Assembly: GCA_016219445.1 (NCBI GenBank)
Contig: JACRNA010000013.1
Location: forward strand, 1 to 50,924
DNA length: 50,924 nt
Source: Candidatus Amesbacteria bacterium
Lineage (GTDB): Bacteria; Patescibacteriota; Microgenomatia; CAZETR01; Amesbacteraceae
Reading direction: 5' to 3'
Part shown: piece after piece, positions 1 to 7,678 of the stretch
How positions within the stretch are numbered: the stretch's first letter is position 1
Layout of the letters: each line of letters begins with the position of its first letter
Position numbers and translations under genes: made by a program
The notes under the pieces: model-generated
Told to the model about the DNA's origin: nothing
Databases searched by the model: none
What the model saw: only the letters and a program-made list of their open reading frames with translations

Positions 1-382
1 ATTGTATTTTCTGGCAAGGACAGCTATACTTTGGAAAGAGATTCTAATCTCTTTCCGTATTGCGTAAGTTGTCTTGGCGTTCTTGTGTAATTTGATTTGC
101 ATGATCGTTAGTATATCATACTAACGTATCGTTATCTAACACATAAGTGACTACAAAAGATATAGCATCCTTCGATCCATTTCAAATACTGGCAGACTAA
201 AGATAATTGTTTGTTGGATGCTAACTCCTAACGATACAAGAACTGATGGTGAAAGAAATAAATACCTAAATAATTCAAAAACTTGGCGAGATATAGATTA
301 ATGGAATCCCACCCGAGAGGTGGGATTCTACCAATCTGAGCGCCTTTTCCATGCCCACAAAATCCTCCGCATGCTAAAATAA

Positions 383-568
383 TCAATTTTTCGAAATTGG
401 ATTTTGTGGATGTAATTGCTCTTCTGTATTTAGTGTTCTTTTACCTCGTTCTTTAATAGCCAGTTTGCCTATATAATTACCGAGCCTAGCTGAAACAACT
501 GATATTCTATGCCCCAAATCAGGATGAAACCTTTCTCCTATTTTTCTTAAAATTGGTTCCTGCGGCAA
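383..568 (-). CDS. hypothetical small protein, function unknown
   Basis: 61-codon ORF from the track with a TTG start and no recognisable motif. The frame stays open upstream to about 609, next to a C6 run. Confidence 0.3.
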   Translation of the reverse strand: MPQEPILRKIGERFHPDLGHRISVVSARLGNYIGKLAIKERGKRTLNTEEQLHPQNPISKN

Positions 569-689
569 AATAGTTTCATCTGTATGTATTGTGTTTGATC
601 CTTCTGGCTCGGGGGGAACTCATGGGTAAATCTAGTGGATTTTCATCAGTTGGATTCTCACTCATAATTTCATTATACACTAAGTAATT

Positions 690-724
690 TGTGGATAACT
701 TTGAAGGGCGTGGCCTTTTGAGGC
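690..724 (+). repeat. solo copy of the RAYT-associated repeat (TGTGGATAACTTTGAAGGG..GCCTTTTGAGGC)
   Basis: 30 of 35 nt identical to 41155-41189 inside the transposase gene. The first 19 nt are identical to 41697-41715 on the right flank of that gene. Confidence 0.7.
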
Positions 725-772
725 TAAATGTTGAATATCCCATTGAATGAGTTTATCAAATTTGACAGTATA

Positions 773-781
773 TGTTATACT
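773..781 (+). promoter_or_regulatory. extended -10 promoter candidate (TGtTATACT) for the T-box leader
   Basis: TGnTATACT motif about 7 nt before the first possible Stem I nucleotide near 788. A TTGACA lies at 762-767 but its spacing is too short to act as a -35. Confidence 0.4.
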
Positions 782-787
782 AATAAC

Positions 788-919
788 AGGTGATGAAAGC
801 CACTGGCAAGGCTAGAGCCTAAGACAGAACCAAAAAAGAAGTAACTAGGGTGGAACCACGATACTGAGCGAAGTCGAAGTACTCGTCCCTTACGATAATT
901 TATCGGGGCGAGTTTTTTT
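788..919 (+). promoter_or_regulatory. T-box riboswitch leader, glycine type, copy 1 (terminator-forming)
   Basis: T-box core AGGGTGGAACCACG at 847-860. The antiterminator is GGG, bulge TGGAACC, ACG ... CGTCCC (884-889). CGTCCC also lies in the 5' arm of the terminator at 882-919. UGGA matches a U73-CCA tRNA end, as expected for Gly. Confidence 0.8.
882..919 (+). terminator. intrinsic terminator of T-box copy 1
   Basis: Stem CTCGTCCC (882-889) pairs with GGGGCGAG (905-912), 8 bp with one G-U pair and a 15-nt loop, followed by T7 at 913-919. Confidence 0.8.
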
Positions 920-924
920 ATTGA

Positions 925-1111
925 GAAACAAACTCCGAGCTGAGCCATTAATTTAGGCAGTGAAGGTGTGGAATACCGGAGCTAAAATTAATGACAAAGA
1001 GAGCGGTTTGCGCAGTGGATATATCACAAACCGAAGTTGGGTGGAACCACGCTGGTGTCCTAGACATCTCCGTCCCTACTTTATTTAAAGTACTAAGGAG
1101 GTGAACAAGAA
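925..1111 (+). promoter_or_regulatory. T-box riboswitch leader, glycine type, copy 2 (candidate SD-sequestering, translational)
   Basis: Core TGGGTGGAACCACG at 1038-1051 with CGTCCC at 1071-1076. There is no terminator. Instead CATCTCC (1065-1071) pairs with the SD GGAGGTG (1097-1103), and an inner helix TACTTT/AAAGTA spans 1077-1092. Confidence 0.65.
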
Positions 1112-1282
1112 ATGCCTAAAGAATTAGATTTTGATTTAATTTTGCGAGAAATTATTTTAGAACGTAATCGCAAAGAAAATGTCAAATATAAAATTGCCAA
1201 GTGTGTAGCGGTAGTTATAATTATTTCAGCTGCCGCTGCAAACGCATATTATATATGGGTACCAATGTTTCTGAAGAAGTAA
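1112..1282 (+). CDS. small membrane protein (56 aa), below the ORF-track size cutoff
   Basis: SD AAGGAGGTG, 8 nt, then ATG at 1112. Product is MPKELDFDLILREIILERNRKENVKYKIAKCVAVVIIISAAAANAYYIWVPMFLKK, with a C-terminal hydrophobic helix. Confidence 0.55.
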   Translation: MPKELDFDLILREIILERNRKENVKYKIAKCVAVVIIISAAAANAYYIWVPMFLKK

Positions 1283-1322
1283 CATTGTTCGCCTTTCTAG
1301 GGTGGCGAGATTTATCTAAAAA

Positions 1323-1331
1323 TGGCATAAT
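1323..1331 (+). promoter_or_regulatory. extended -10 candidate TGgCATAAT placed 6 nt before the glyQS ATG (leaderless-type)
   Basis: TG at 1323-1324, CATAAT at 1326-1331, N6, ATG at 1338. There is no SD in front of glyQS. Confidence 0.45.
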
Positions 1332-1337
1332 CAAATT

Positions 1338-2585
1338 ATGAAACAAGATAATTTAATGGAAAAGATTGCGAGTTTGTGCAAGAGACGGGGGTTTGTGTTT
1401 CCAAACTCAGAAATCTACGGTGGATTGCAGGGATTTTATGATTATGGACCGCTCGGAGTAGAAATGAAAAATAACTTGAAACAACTTTGGTGGAAGTGGT
1501 TTACCCGCGAGCATGAGAATATTGTCGGAATTGACGGAACAATTATTGACCATCCTAAAGTCTGGGAAGCCTCGGGGCATGTTCAAAGCTTTGTCGATCC
1601 CCTATCTGAATGTAAAAAATGTCATCACCGATTCAAATCTGATGATATTATTACAAAAACTTGCCCCGATTGTGGTGGAGAATTGACTGATCCTAAAAAC
1701 TTTAATATTTTGATGAGTACCGAACTGGGAGTGATTGAAGGCGAGAAAACTAGGGCATATTTAAGAGGTGAGGCATGTCAGACAATTTATTTAGACTTCA
1801 AAAATGTGGTTGATTCAACTCGTATAAAAATACCATTTGGAATTGTCCAGATCGGAAAAGCTTTCCGAAATGAAGTCACACCCGGAAACTTTATTTTTAG
1901 ACAGCGGGAATTTGAGCAGTGGGATCTACAGTGGTTTACTCACCCATCGGAAATGGATAAGTGGTTTGAGTTTTGGAAGGCGGAACGCATGAAATGGTAT
2001 CAAAGCTTATTTAATGATCAATCCCGGCTGACTTTTTACCAGCACGAAAAGCTGGTTCACTATGCAAAAAAGGCTTTTGATATCCAATTTGATGGCCGGG
2101 AGATGGAAGGTATTCATTGGCGGCAAGATTGGGATTTGGGACGGCACAGCGAATATTCAGGGAAAGATTTAACATATGAGGGATATATTCCTTGGATTGT
2201 AGAGACATCTGGAGGAGTCGATCGTACATTTTTGTTTTTACTAATGGACGCTTATACAGAGGAAAAAGATAGATTAGTACTAAAACTTAACCCGAAGCTT
2301 GCGCCATACAAAGTTGCCGTATTTCCGCTGGTTAGAAACAAGGAGGAAATTACCAAAAAAGCCCGATCTCTCTATCTCAATCTCAAATCTCAAATCTCTT
2401 GTGTCTGGGATGACAGGGGAAATATAGGAAAAAGATATTATTCACAAGACGAGATTGGAACGCCTTGGTGTGTAACGGTGGATTATGAGAAAGATTCGGT
2501 AACTGTAAGAGACAGAGATACAACCAAGCAAGAGCGAGTAGATATTTCTCAGCTTGACAGTTATTTTCAAAATAAGCTAAAGTAA
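1338..2585 (+). CDS. glyQS: glycine--tRNA ligase (alpha2 dimeric class II type)
   Basis: The N-terminus KRRGFVFPNSEIYGGLQGFYDYGPLGVEMKNNL and the overall layout are typical of GlyQS. T-box leaders lie upstream. Confidence 0.95.
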   Translation: MKQDNLMEKIASLCKRRGFVFPNSEIYGGLQGFYDYGPLGVEMKNNLKQLWWKWFTREHENIVGIDGTIIDHPKVWEASGHVQSFVDPLSECKKCHHRFKSDDIITKTCPDCGGELTDPKNFNILMSTELGVIEGEKTRAYLRGEACQTIYLDFKNVVDSTRIKIPFGIVQIGKAFRNEVTPGNFIFRQREFEQWDLQWFTHPSEMDKWFEFWKAERMKWYQSLFNDQSRLTFYQHEKLVHYAKKAFDIQFDGREMEGIHWRQDWDLGRHSEYSGKDLTYEGYIPWIVETSGGVDRTFLFLLMDAYTEEKDRLVLKLNPKLAPYKVAVFPLVRNKEEITKKARSLYLNLKSQISCVWDDRGNIGKRYYSQDEIGTPWCVTVDYEKDSVTVRDRDTTKQERVDISQLDSYFQNKLK

Positions 2586-2589
2586 AAGA

Positions 2590-3087
2590 GTGAAAGATCT
2601 TTGGCCAATATTGGTTGCAGTTATAGTCTTGTTGACTTCGGCAGGAGTTATATGGGTAGCCAAGAAAAATGGAGGTCAACTTCCGCTACCATCTCCTTCT
2701 CCTGAGCCTGTTGCAGCAGTCCAGCTAAGCTCTGACAAATACCCCATTGTCTCATTGGACTTTAGTACCGACGGAAATTATGTAACGGTCAATGTCGAAA
2801 ATATAAATGCTGAGCAAATCGAATACAATTTGATTTATGAGGCGACAGTCAAAGGCAATGTCATCCAGACTGGTGTCAATGCCTCACAAAATCTCAAAGG
2901 CAAGAAGACTTATACTCAAAAACAATTATTGGGTAGTGAATCGAGTGGAAAATTTACATATCACACCAAAATAAAAAACGCTGTCATGGAACTTACTCTT
3001 CGCGAAGCCAAAGGAGGCTCAGTCTACTCTGCTTCTTATCCATTTGAGGTTACTCCCGGAAAATCTTCTGAACTAAAAGCTAATTAA
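2590..3087 (+). CDS. hypothetical membrane-anchored/secreted protein
   Basis: GTG start, N-terminal TM helix, PSPSPEP linker, then a beta-rich domain. No family recognised. Confidence 0.6.
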   Translation: MKDLWPILVAVIVLLTSAGVIWVAKKNGGQLPLPSPSPEPVAAVQLSSDKYPIVSLDFSTDGNYVTVNVENINAEQIEYNLIYEATVKGNVIQTGVNASQNLKGKKTYTQKQLLGSESSGKFTYHTKIKNAVMELTLREAKGGSVYSASYPFEVTPGKSSELKAN

Positions 3088-3139
3088 CTTCTAATTTTCT
3101 CATTCTTCGTGTTTTTTTGGCCTTGACGCGTGTGAAAAA

Positions 3140-3176
3140 AAGGTAGATAGTGGTATGAAGTGGTATAGAATGGTAT
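3140..3176 (+). promoter_or_regulatory. MraZ-box operator array overlapping an extended -10 (TGgTATAGA) and the mraZ start
   Basis: Direct repeats with 10-nt phasing: aaGGTAg at 3140, GTGGTAT at 3150, GTGGTAT at 3160 and ATGGTAT at 3170. TGgTATAGA lies at 3161-3169 and the ATG at 3175. Confidence 0.7.
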
Positions 3177-3582
3177 GTTTATAGGCCGTCACAATCATCA
3201 TCTCGAAGAAAAAGGACGACTCTCCGTCCCGAAGAAATTTCGTCCTCAGCTGGAGAATGGTGCAATTTTGAGCCAAGGCTTAGACGGCTGTCTATTTCTC
3301 TATCCCAAATCAGCCTGGATGGAATTAATCGACAAACTAAATCAAATGCCCCTGACCCGTGCCGATTCACGTAACTTCTTAAGAAGTCTTAGTTACGGGG
3401 CAGTCGAGGTGGAAATTGATTCTTTGGGAAGAATATTAATTCCAGATTATTTGAAAAACTTTGCTCAAATCAAATCTGATTGTGTAATCGCAGGAGCAAT
3501 CGAACGGATTGAAATCTGGGATATGTCTACCTTTGAGAAATTTAATACCAAAATTAATGAACAGCCAAAAGATTTTATATGA
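3175..3582 (+). CDS. mraZ: transcriptional regulator MraZ
   Basis: MFIGRHNHHLEEKGRLSVPKKFR plus a second SpoVT/AbrB-like half. It is the first gene of the dcw cluster. Confidence 0.93.
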   Translation: MFIGRHNHHLEEKGRLSVPKKFRPQLENGAILSQGLDGCLFLYPKSAWMELIDKLNQMPLTRADSRNFLRSLSYGAVEVEIDSLGRILIPDYLKNFAQIKSDCVIAGAIERIEIWDMSTFEKFNTKINEQPKDFI

Positions 3583-4349
3583 GTAGCTATCACACCCCCG
3601 TCTTATTGGAATCAGCAGTCAATTGTTTGAACGTCCGCAAGGATCGAAAATACATTGATGCCACTTTGGGTGGAGGTGGCCATTCGGCCTTAATAAGATC
3701 GCGAGGAGGAATGGTCTTGGGTATAGATCAGGATCAGGACGCTATTGATAATTCAAAAAAATGCGCAGATATAGTAGTCAAATCCAATTTTGTACACTTG
3801 GAGGAAATAGTCGCTAAATACAATTGGTTTCCTGTTTCTGGCGTATTATTGGATTTGGGCATGTCTATGCACCAAATTGTAGATTCAAAAAGAGGCTTTT
3901 CATTTCAAGCAGAGGAACCATTGGATATGAGAATGGGGGAATCGGCTGTGACAGCAGCCGAATTAGTGAATCAGTTGACAGTTGGTCAGTTAGCCAGTAT
4001 CTTGAAAGATTTTGGAGAGATTCCCGGAGCAAGATCATTGGCTTCTAAAATTGTAGCAAACAGAACTTATAGTACGACAGGACAATTAGCCAAAGTTTGC
4101 GGAAAATGGTCACAGCAAGCGTTTCAAGCCTTGAGAATTGCCGTTAATGATGAATTGGGAGCATTGACCCAAGTTATTCCCCAGATAAAAAATATTTTGG
4201 AAGTAGGTGGACGGGCTGTAATCATAAGCTTTCATTCACTGGAAGACAGGATTGTAAAAAATGAATTTGAAAACTGGGGATTACCGTTAACCAAAAAATC
4301 CATTCAAGGAGAGCGGAGGAGCAAGCTTCGCGCTTTTGAAAAAATATGA
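3579..4349 (+). CDS. rsmH: 16S rRNA (cytosine1402-N4)-methyltransferase RsmH
   Basis: YHTPVLL motif, DATLGGGGHS SAM loop, and position after mraZ. At 256 aa it is shorter than usual. Confidence 0.92.
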   Translation: MSSYHTPVLLESAVNCLNVRKDRKYIDATLGGGGHSALIRSRGGMVLGIDQDQDAIDNSKKCADIVVKSNFVHLEEIVAKYNWFPVSGVLLDLGMSMHQIVDSKRGFSFQAEEPLDMRMGESAVTAAELVNQLTVGQLASILKDFGEIPGARSLASKIVANRTYSTTGQLAKVCGKWSQQAFQALRIAVNDELGALTQVIPQIKNILEVGGRAVIISFHSLEDRIVKNEFENWGLPLTKKSIQGERRSKLRAFEKI

Positions 4350-4615
4350 AGAAACTTATTACAATAGGAGTAATTAATTTAGTTCTTTTGCTAATACAAT
4401 TTAGTCTGATCAGTCTAATTTCCAACGACGGAGAAAAAGTCTGGCAAGCAAATAACGAACGTTTACAATTGGAGGCAGATAATCAAATCCTAAAGCAAAA
4501 AATATATACCAAATCGTCTTTGACTCAAATAAAGAATCAAGCAGATAAGAACAGTCTGACACCTATGAAAACTGAATTTTGGCGGACTGCTACAGTTGCC
4601 CAAATTATCCCATGA
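4346..4615 (+). CDS. ftsL: FtsL-like cell division protein (single TM plus coiled coil)
   Basis: N-terminal TM helix followed by a heptad-like LQLEADNQILKQKI. It sits between rsmH and ftsI with ATGA overlaps on both sides. Confidence 0.5.
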   Translation: MKKLITIGVINLVLLLIQFSLISLISNDGEKVWQANNERLQLEADNQILKQKIYTKSSLTQIKNQADKNSLTPMKTEFWRTATVAQIIP

Positions 4616-6279
4616 AGTGGAGATATAGAATTTTAAACTTTTCATTTGCAGTATTGGCTGGGATATTGGTCGTTAAACTGGGATATTTACAAGTTATCAA
4701 AGCCTCAGAACTATCCCAAACAGCCAAATCCCAAAGACAAAACACTCAAGTGATACCCGGTAACCGTGGTGATATTGTAGCCTCTGATGGTTTCGTCCTG
4801 GCTTCATCGTATAAAAAATATAAGCTTCAAGTAGATTCCAGATATTTTCCCAAAAAAAGTGATGAGTACGCCAGACTTTTACCACTCATAGGTTCTACAG
4901 CCAGTGCAAATCTATATTATAAATTATCAGATTTAAAAGCCTATTGGTTTACTCTTCTGGATAATTTAAATGATGACCAAAAAAGGGATATCGAAAAATT
5001 AAAAATTCCAGGCCTTGAATGGGAATCGAATATTAATCGTTGGTATCCGGAAGCCAGTGTCAGTGCTCACTTATTGGGGTTTGTGGGAAAAAACGATGAA
5101 GGCAATCCCAAAGGATATTTTGGTCTGGAGGGCTTTTACGACCGCGAATTAAATGGACATCCCGGTAAAATTGTGGGTGAAAATGATGTATTTTCCAGGC
5201 CAATATTACTGGATGGTCAGGAATATGTCCCAGATATTCCAGGATCAGAACTTCAAACATCGATCGATAGAACCTTACAATTTTTAGCTTATGAAAAGCT
5301 AAAGAAAGGCTTGGAAAAATATCAAGCAGTATCGGGAACGATTTCGATAATGGAGCCGGCTACAGGGCGAATTTTGGCTATGGTTAGTCTGCCAGATTAT
5401 GATCCAAACAATTATACTCAGAGTGAAGATTTGCTATATCGCAATCCCTTGATTGCAGATGCATTTGAGCCTGGTAGTACTTTTAAGATTATAGTGATGG
5501 CTTCAGCACTCGACGCAGGAGTCGTTGACGAGAACACAAAATGTCCCATCTGCCGTGGTCCGGTAGCAGTGTCTGATGCTCTGATCAAAACCTGGAACGA
5601 AAAGTATTATCCGGATAGTACAATGACAGAAGTAATTCAGCATTCTGACAATGTCGGTATGGTATATGTAGGCAGAAAACTCGGTAAAGACAAATTACTA
5701 TCTTATTTTGACAAATTTGGATTTGGACGAGAGACAGGTATCGATCTCCAAGAGGAAACTGGAGCTGCTCTTCGAACAAAAGATCAATGGTATGAATTAG
5801 ATGTATCCGCCAGTACCTTTGGTCAAGGTATTGCAGTCACTCCTCTCCAAATGCTTCGGGCTGTAGGGGCAATAGCAAATAAAGGAATAATAATGACTCC
5901 AAAGGTAGTAGATTCTATAGCCGGAAAAAAAATAAATCAAAAAGCTGGTAAACAAATTATCTCAAATATTGCGGCTGCAAAAATGTCTAAGATGATGATA
6001 AATAGCGTAGACCGCGGAGAAGCCAAGTGGGCGAAGCCGGCAGGATTTATAGTAGCAGGTAAGACCGGCACGGCACAAATTCCGGTATCGGGGCACTATG
6101 ATAAGGTCAAGACAATTGCCTCATTTGTGGGTTTTGCACCTGCCGATAACCCTAAATTTGTGATGCTGGTGACACTTCGTGAACCCAAGACGTCACCTTG
6201 GGGATCGGAGACGGCAGCTCCTCTGTGGTTTGAAATATCGCGTGACATTTTCCGTTATTTTGGCTTGGTTCCAAATTAA
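4612..6279 (+). CDS. ftsI: penicillin-binding protein 2/FtsI-type transpeptidase
   Basis: STFK (GSTFKI), SDN (HSDNVG) and KTGT (AGKTGTA) motifs. The ATG at 4612 overlaps the ftsL stop. The track start at 4579 is a TTG extension. Confidence 0.9.
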   Translation: MKWRYRILNFSFAVLAGILVVKLGYLQVIKASELSQTAKSQRQNTQVIPGNRGDIVASDGFVLASSYKKYKLQVDSRYFPKKSDEYARLLPLIGSTASANLYYKLSDLKAYWFTLLDNLNDDQKRDIEKLKIPGLEWESNINRWYPEASVSAHLLGFVGKNDEGNPKGYFGLEGFYDRELNGHPGKIVGENDVFSRPILLDGQEYVPDIPGSELQTSIDRTLQFLAYEKLKKGLEKYQAVSGTISIMEPATGRILAMVSLPDYDPNNYTQSEDLLYRNPLIADAFEPGSTFKIIVMASALDAGVVDENTKCPICRGPVAVSDALIKTWNEKYYPDSTMTEVIQHSDNVGMVYVGRKLGKDKLLSYFDKFGFGRETGIDLQEETGAALRTKDQWYELDVSASTFGQGIAVTPLQMLRAVGAIANKGIIMTPKVVDSIAGKKINQKAGKQIISNIAAAKMSKMMINSVDRGEAKWAKPAGFIVAGKTGTAQIPVSGHYDKVKTIASFVGFAPADNPKFVMLVTLREPKTSPWGSETAAPLWFEISRDIFRYFGLVPN

Positions 6280-6295
6280 GTTATAATGAATCTGT

Positions 6296-6655
6296 ATGCG
6301 AATACATACTATTTCGTTTAGACATGCTTGGGACGGGATTTGGCACGCATGGATTTCCCAGCCAAATTTTAGAGTCCACTTGACTTTTGCAGGTTTGGCC
6401 ATAATTTTGGCTATTCTTCTCAAGCTCGACTATTGGGAATGGATAGCGCTTACGATGACGATAACCTTGGGGCTAGTTGTCGAAATGATTAATACCGCTC
6501 TCGAATTTGTGGTAGACCTGGTTACGACAGAATGGAAAATTTCTGCCAAGATAGCCAAAGATGTATCTGCTGGAGCAATGCTAATATATGCGATTGGATC
6601 TGTTCTGGTTGGTGCCCTTCTGTTTATACCGAAAATATTATGGCTATATACTTAG
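6296..6655 (+). CDS. dgkA: diacylglycerol/undecaprenol kinase family protein
   Basis: Three TM helices and the EMINTALE motif typical of prokaryotic DAGK. Confidence 0.85.
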   Translation: MRIHTISFRHAWDGIWHAWISQPNFRVHLTFAGLAIILAILLKLDYWEWIALTMTITLGLVVEMINTALEFVVDLVTTEWKISAKIAKDVSAGAMLIYAIGSVLVGALLFIPKILWLYT

Positions 6656-7677
6656 GTTTATTGATGTTTGCTTTTATCGTCACTTGTGTGACGATAGTTC
6701 CGTTTATAGATTTTTTGTTTAGACAAAGATTTACAAGACGGGATGAGCGATCTTTGGTTGAGCCGGGTGATACGGAAGAATTTCGAAAGCTCCATACCCT
6801 TCACAATCAGAAAGTCGGTACCCCGATAGGGGGAGGTATATTAATAATATTTATCGTTAGTGTCTTGTATTTCACAATATTTCCCATTATTTCCAGAATG
6901 GGTTTTTATATTACATCTGCATTTCAAATCAAAGATGAATTAAATATCATTTTCTATACTTTTATTGCTTTTGGGTGCCTTGGTCTATACGACGATCTGG
7001 TAAAAATCTTTGGTTTTGCCAAAACTGGATTTTTTGGACTCAGAATCAGACATAAATTGATAATACAAATTATCTTGTCGGTGACGGTTGCTCTGATGCT
7101 CTGGATAAATCTGAAAATTGATATTATAAATATTCCCTATTTCGGTATTCTCAAATTGGGTTTCTGGTATGTACCGGCATCCGCTTTTATTATTTTGATA
7201 TTTACCAATTCATTTGATTTTACCGATGGCTTGGACGGATTGTCGACGGGGACACTTCTTGTTTGTCTCTTGGCTTTTTGGGTTTTGGCTAATCAGTTTC
7301 TGGATACACCACTTTCAGTATTTATCTCGCTTTGGATTGGGTCGATCATAGCTTTTTTGTATTTTAACGTTTATCCCGCCAGGATTTGGCTTGGTAACGC
7401 TGGAGGCTTGGCATTTGGGGCAACTCTTGCTGTCATTGGATTACTTCTTGGTAAGCCAATAGCTTTGTTTGTCATAGGAGGCGTGTTTGTGGCCGAAGGA
7501 GCGAGTAGTTTCTTTCAAATTATCTGGTTTAAATTGTTTGGCAGGCGCTTGTTTCCCTTGGCTCCGATTCATCACTGGTTACAGGTCATTGGCTGGCCCG
7601 AACCAAAGATTGTTCTGCGGGGTTGGATTGTCAGTATTATTTTTGCCATATTTGGTCTATGGCTTGCCATGCTTTAA
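6640..7677 (+). CDS. mraY: phospho-N-acetylmuramoyl-pentapeptide transferase
   Basis: Polytopic protein with DDLxK, NxxDGLDGL (TDGLDGLS) and the C-terminal PIHHW/H motif. The ATG at 6640 is preferred over the track extension at 6532. Confidence 0.93.
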   Translation: MAIYLGLLMFAFIVTCVTIVPFIDFLFRQRFTRRDERSLVEPGDTEEFRKLHTLHNQKVGTPIGGGILIIFIVSVLYFTIFPIISRMGFYITSAFQIKDELNIIFYTFIAFGCLGLYDDLVKIFGFAKTGFFGLRIRHKLIIQIILSVTVALMLWINLKIDIINIPYFGILKLGFWYVPASAFIILIFTNSFDFTDGLDGLSTGTLLVCLLAFWVLANQFLDTPLSVFISLWIGSIIAFLYFNVYPARIWLGNAGGLAFGATLAVIGLLLGKPIALFVIGGVFVAEGASSFFQIIWFKLFGRRLFPLAPIHHWLQVIGWPEPKIVLRGWIVSIIFAIFGLWLAML

Positions 7678-7678
7678 T

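Noticed and set aside
304-345. A tRNA-like look on the minus strand (CAGATTGGTAGAAT followed by the CCCACC/GGTGGG stem).
   Set aside because: The D stem does not pair, the stem closes a 5-nt loop, and no T arm or acceptor pairing follows. It is just a hairpin.
576-665. A possible 30-codon ORF (MSENPTDENPLDLPMSSPRARRIKHNTYR) on the minus strand. It would fuse to the 383-568 ORF if the C6 run (G6 on the plus strand, 611-616) lost one base, giving a product of about 92 aa.
   Set aside because: Neither half has a recognisable motif. The fusion is only one of several ways to read a short AT-rich region. It cannot be supported without reads or homologues.
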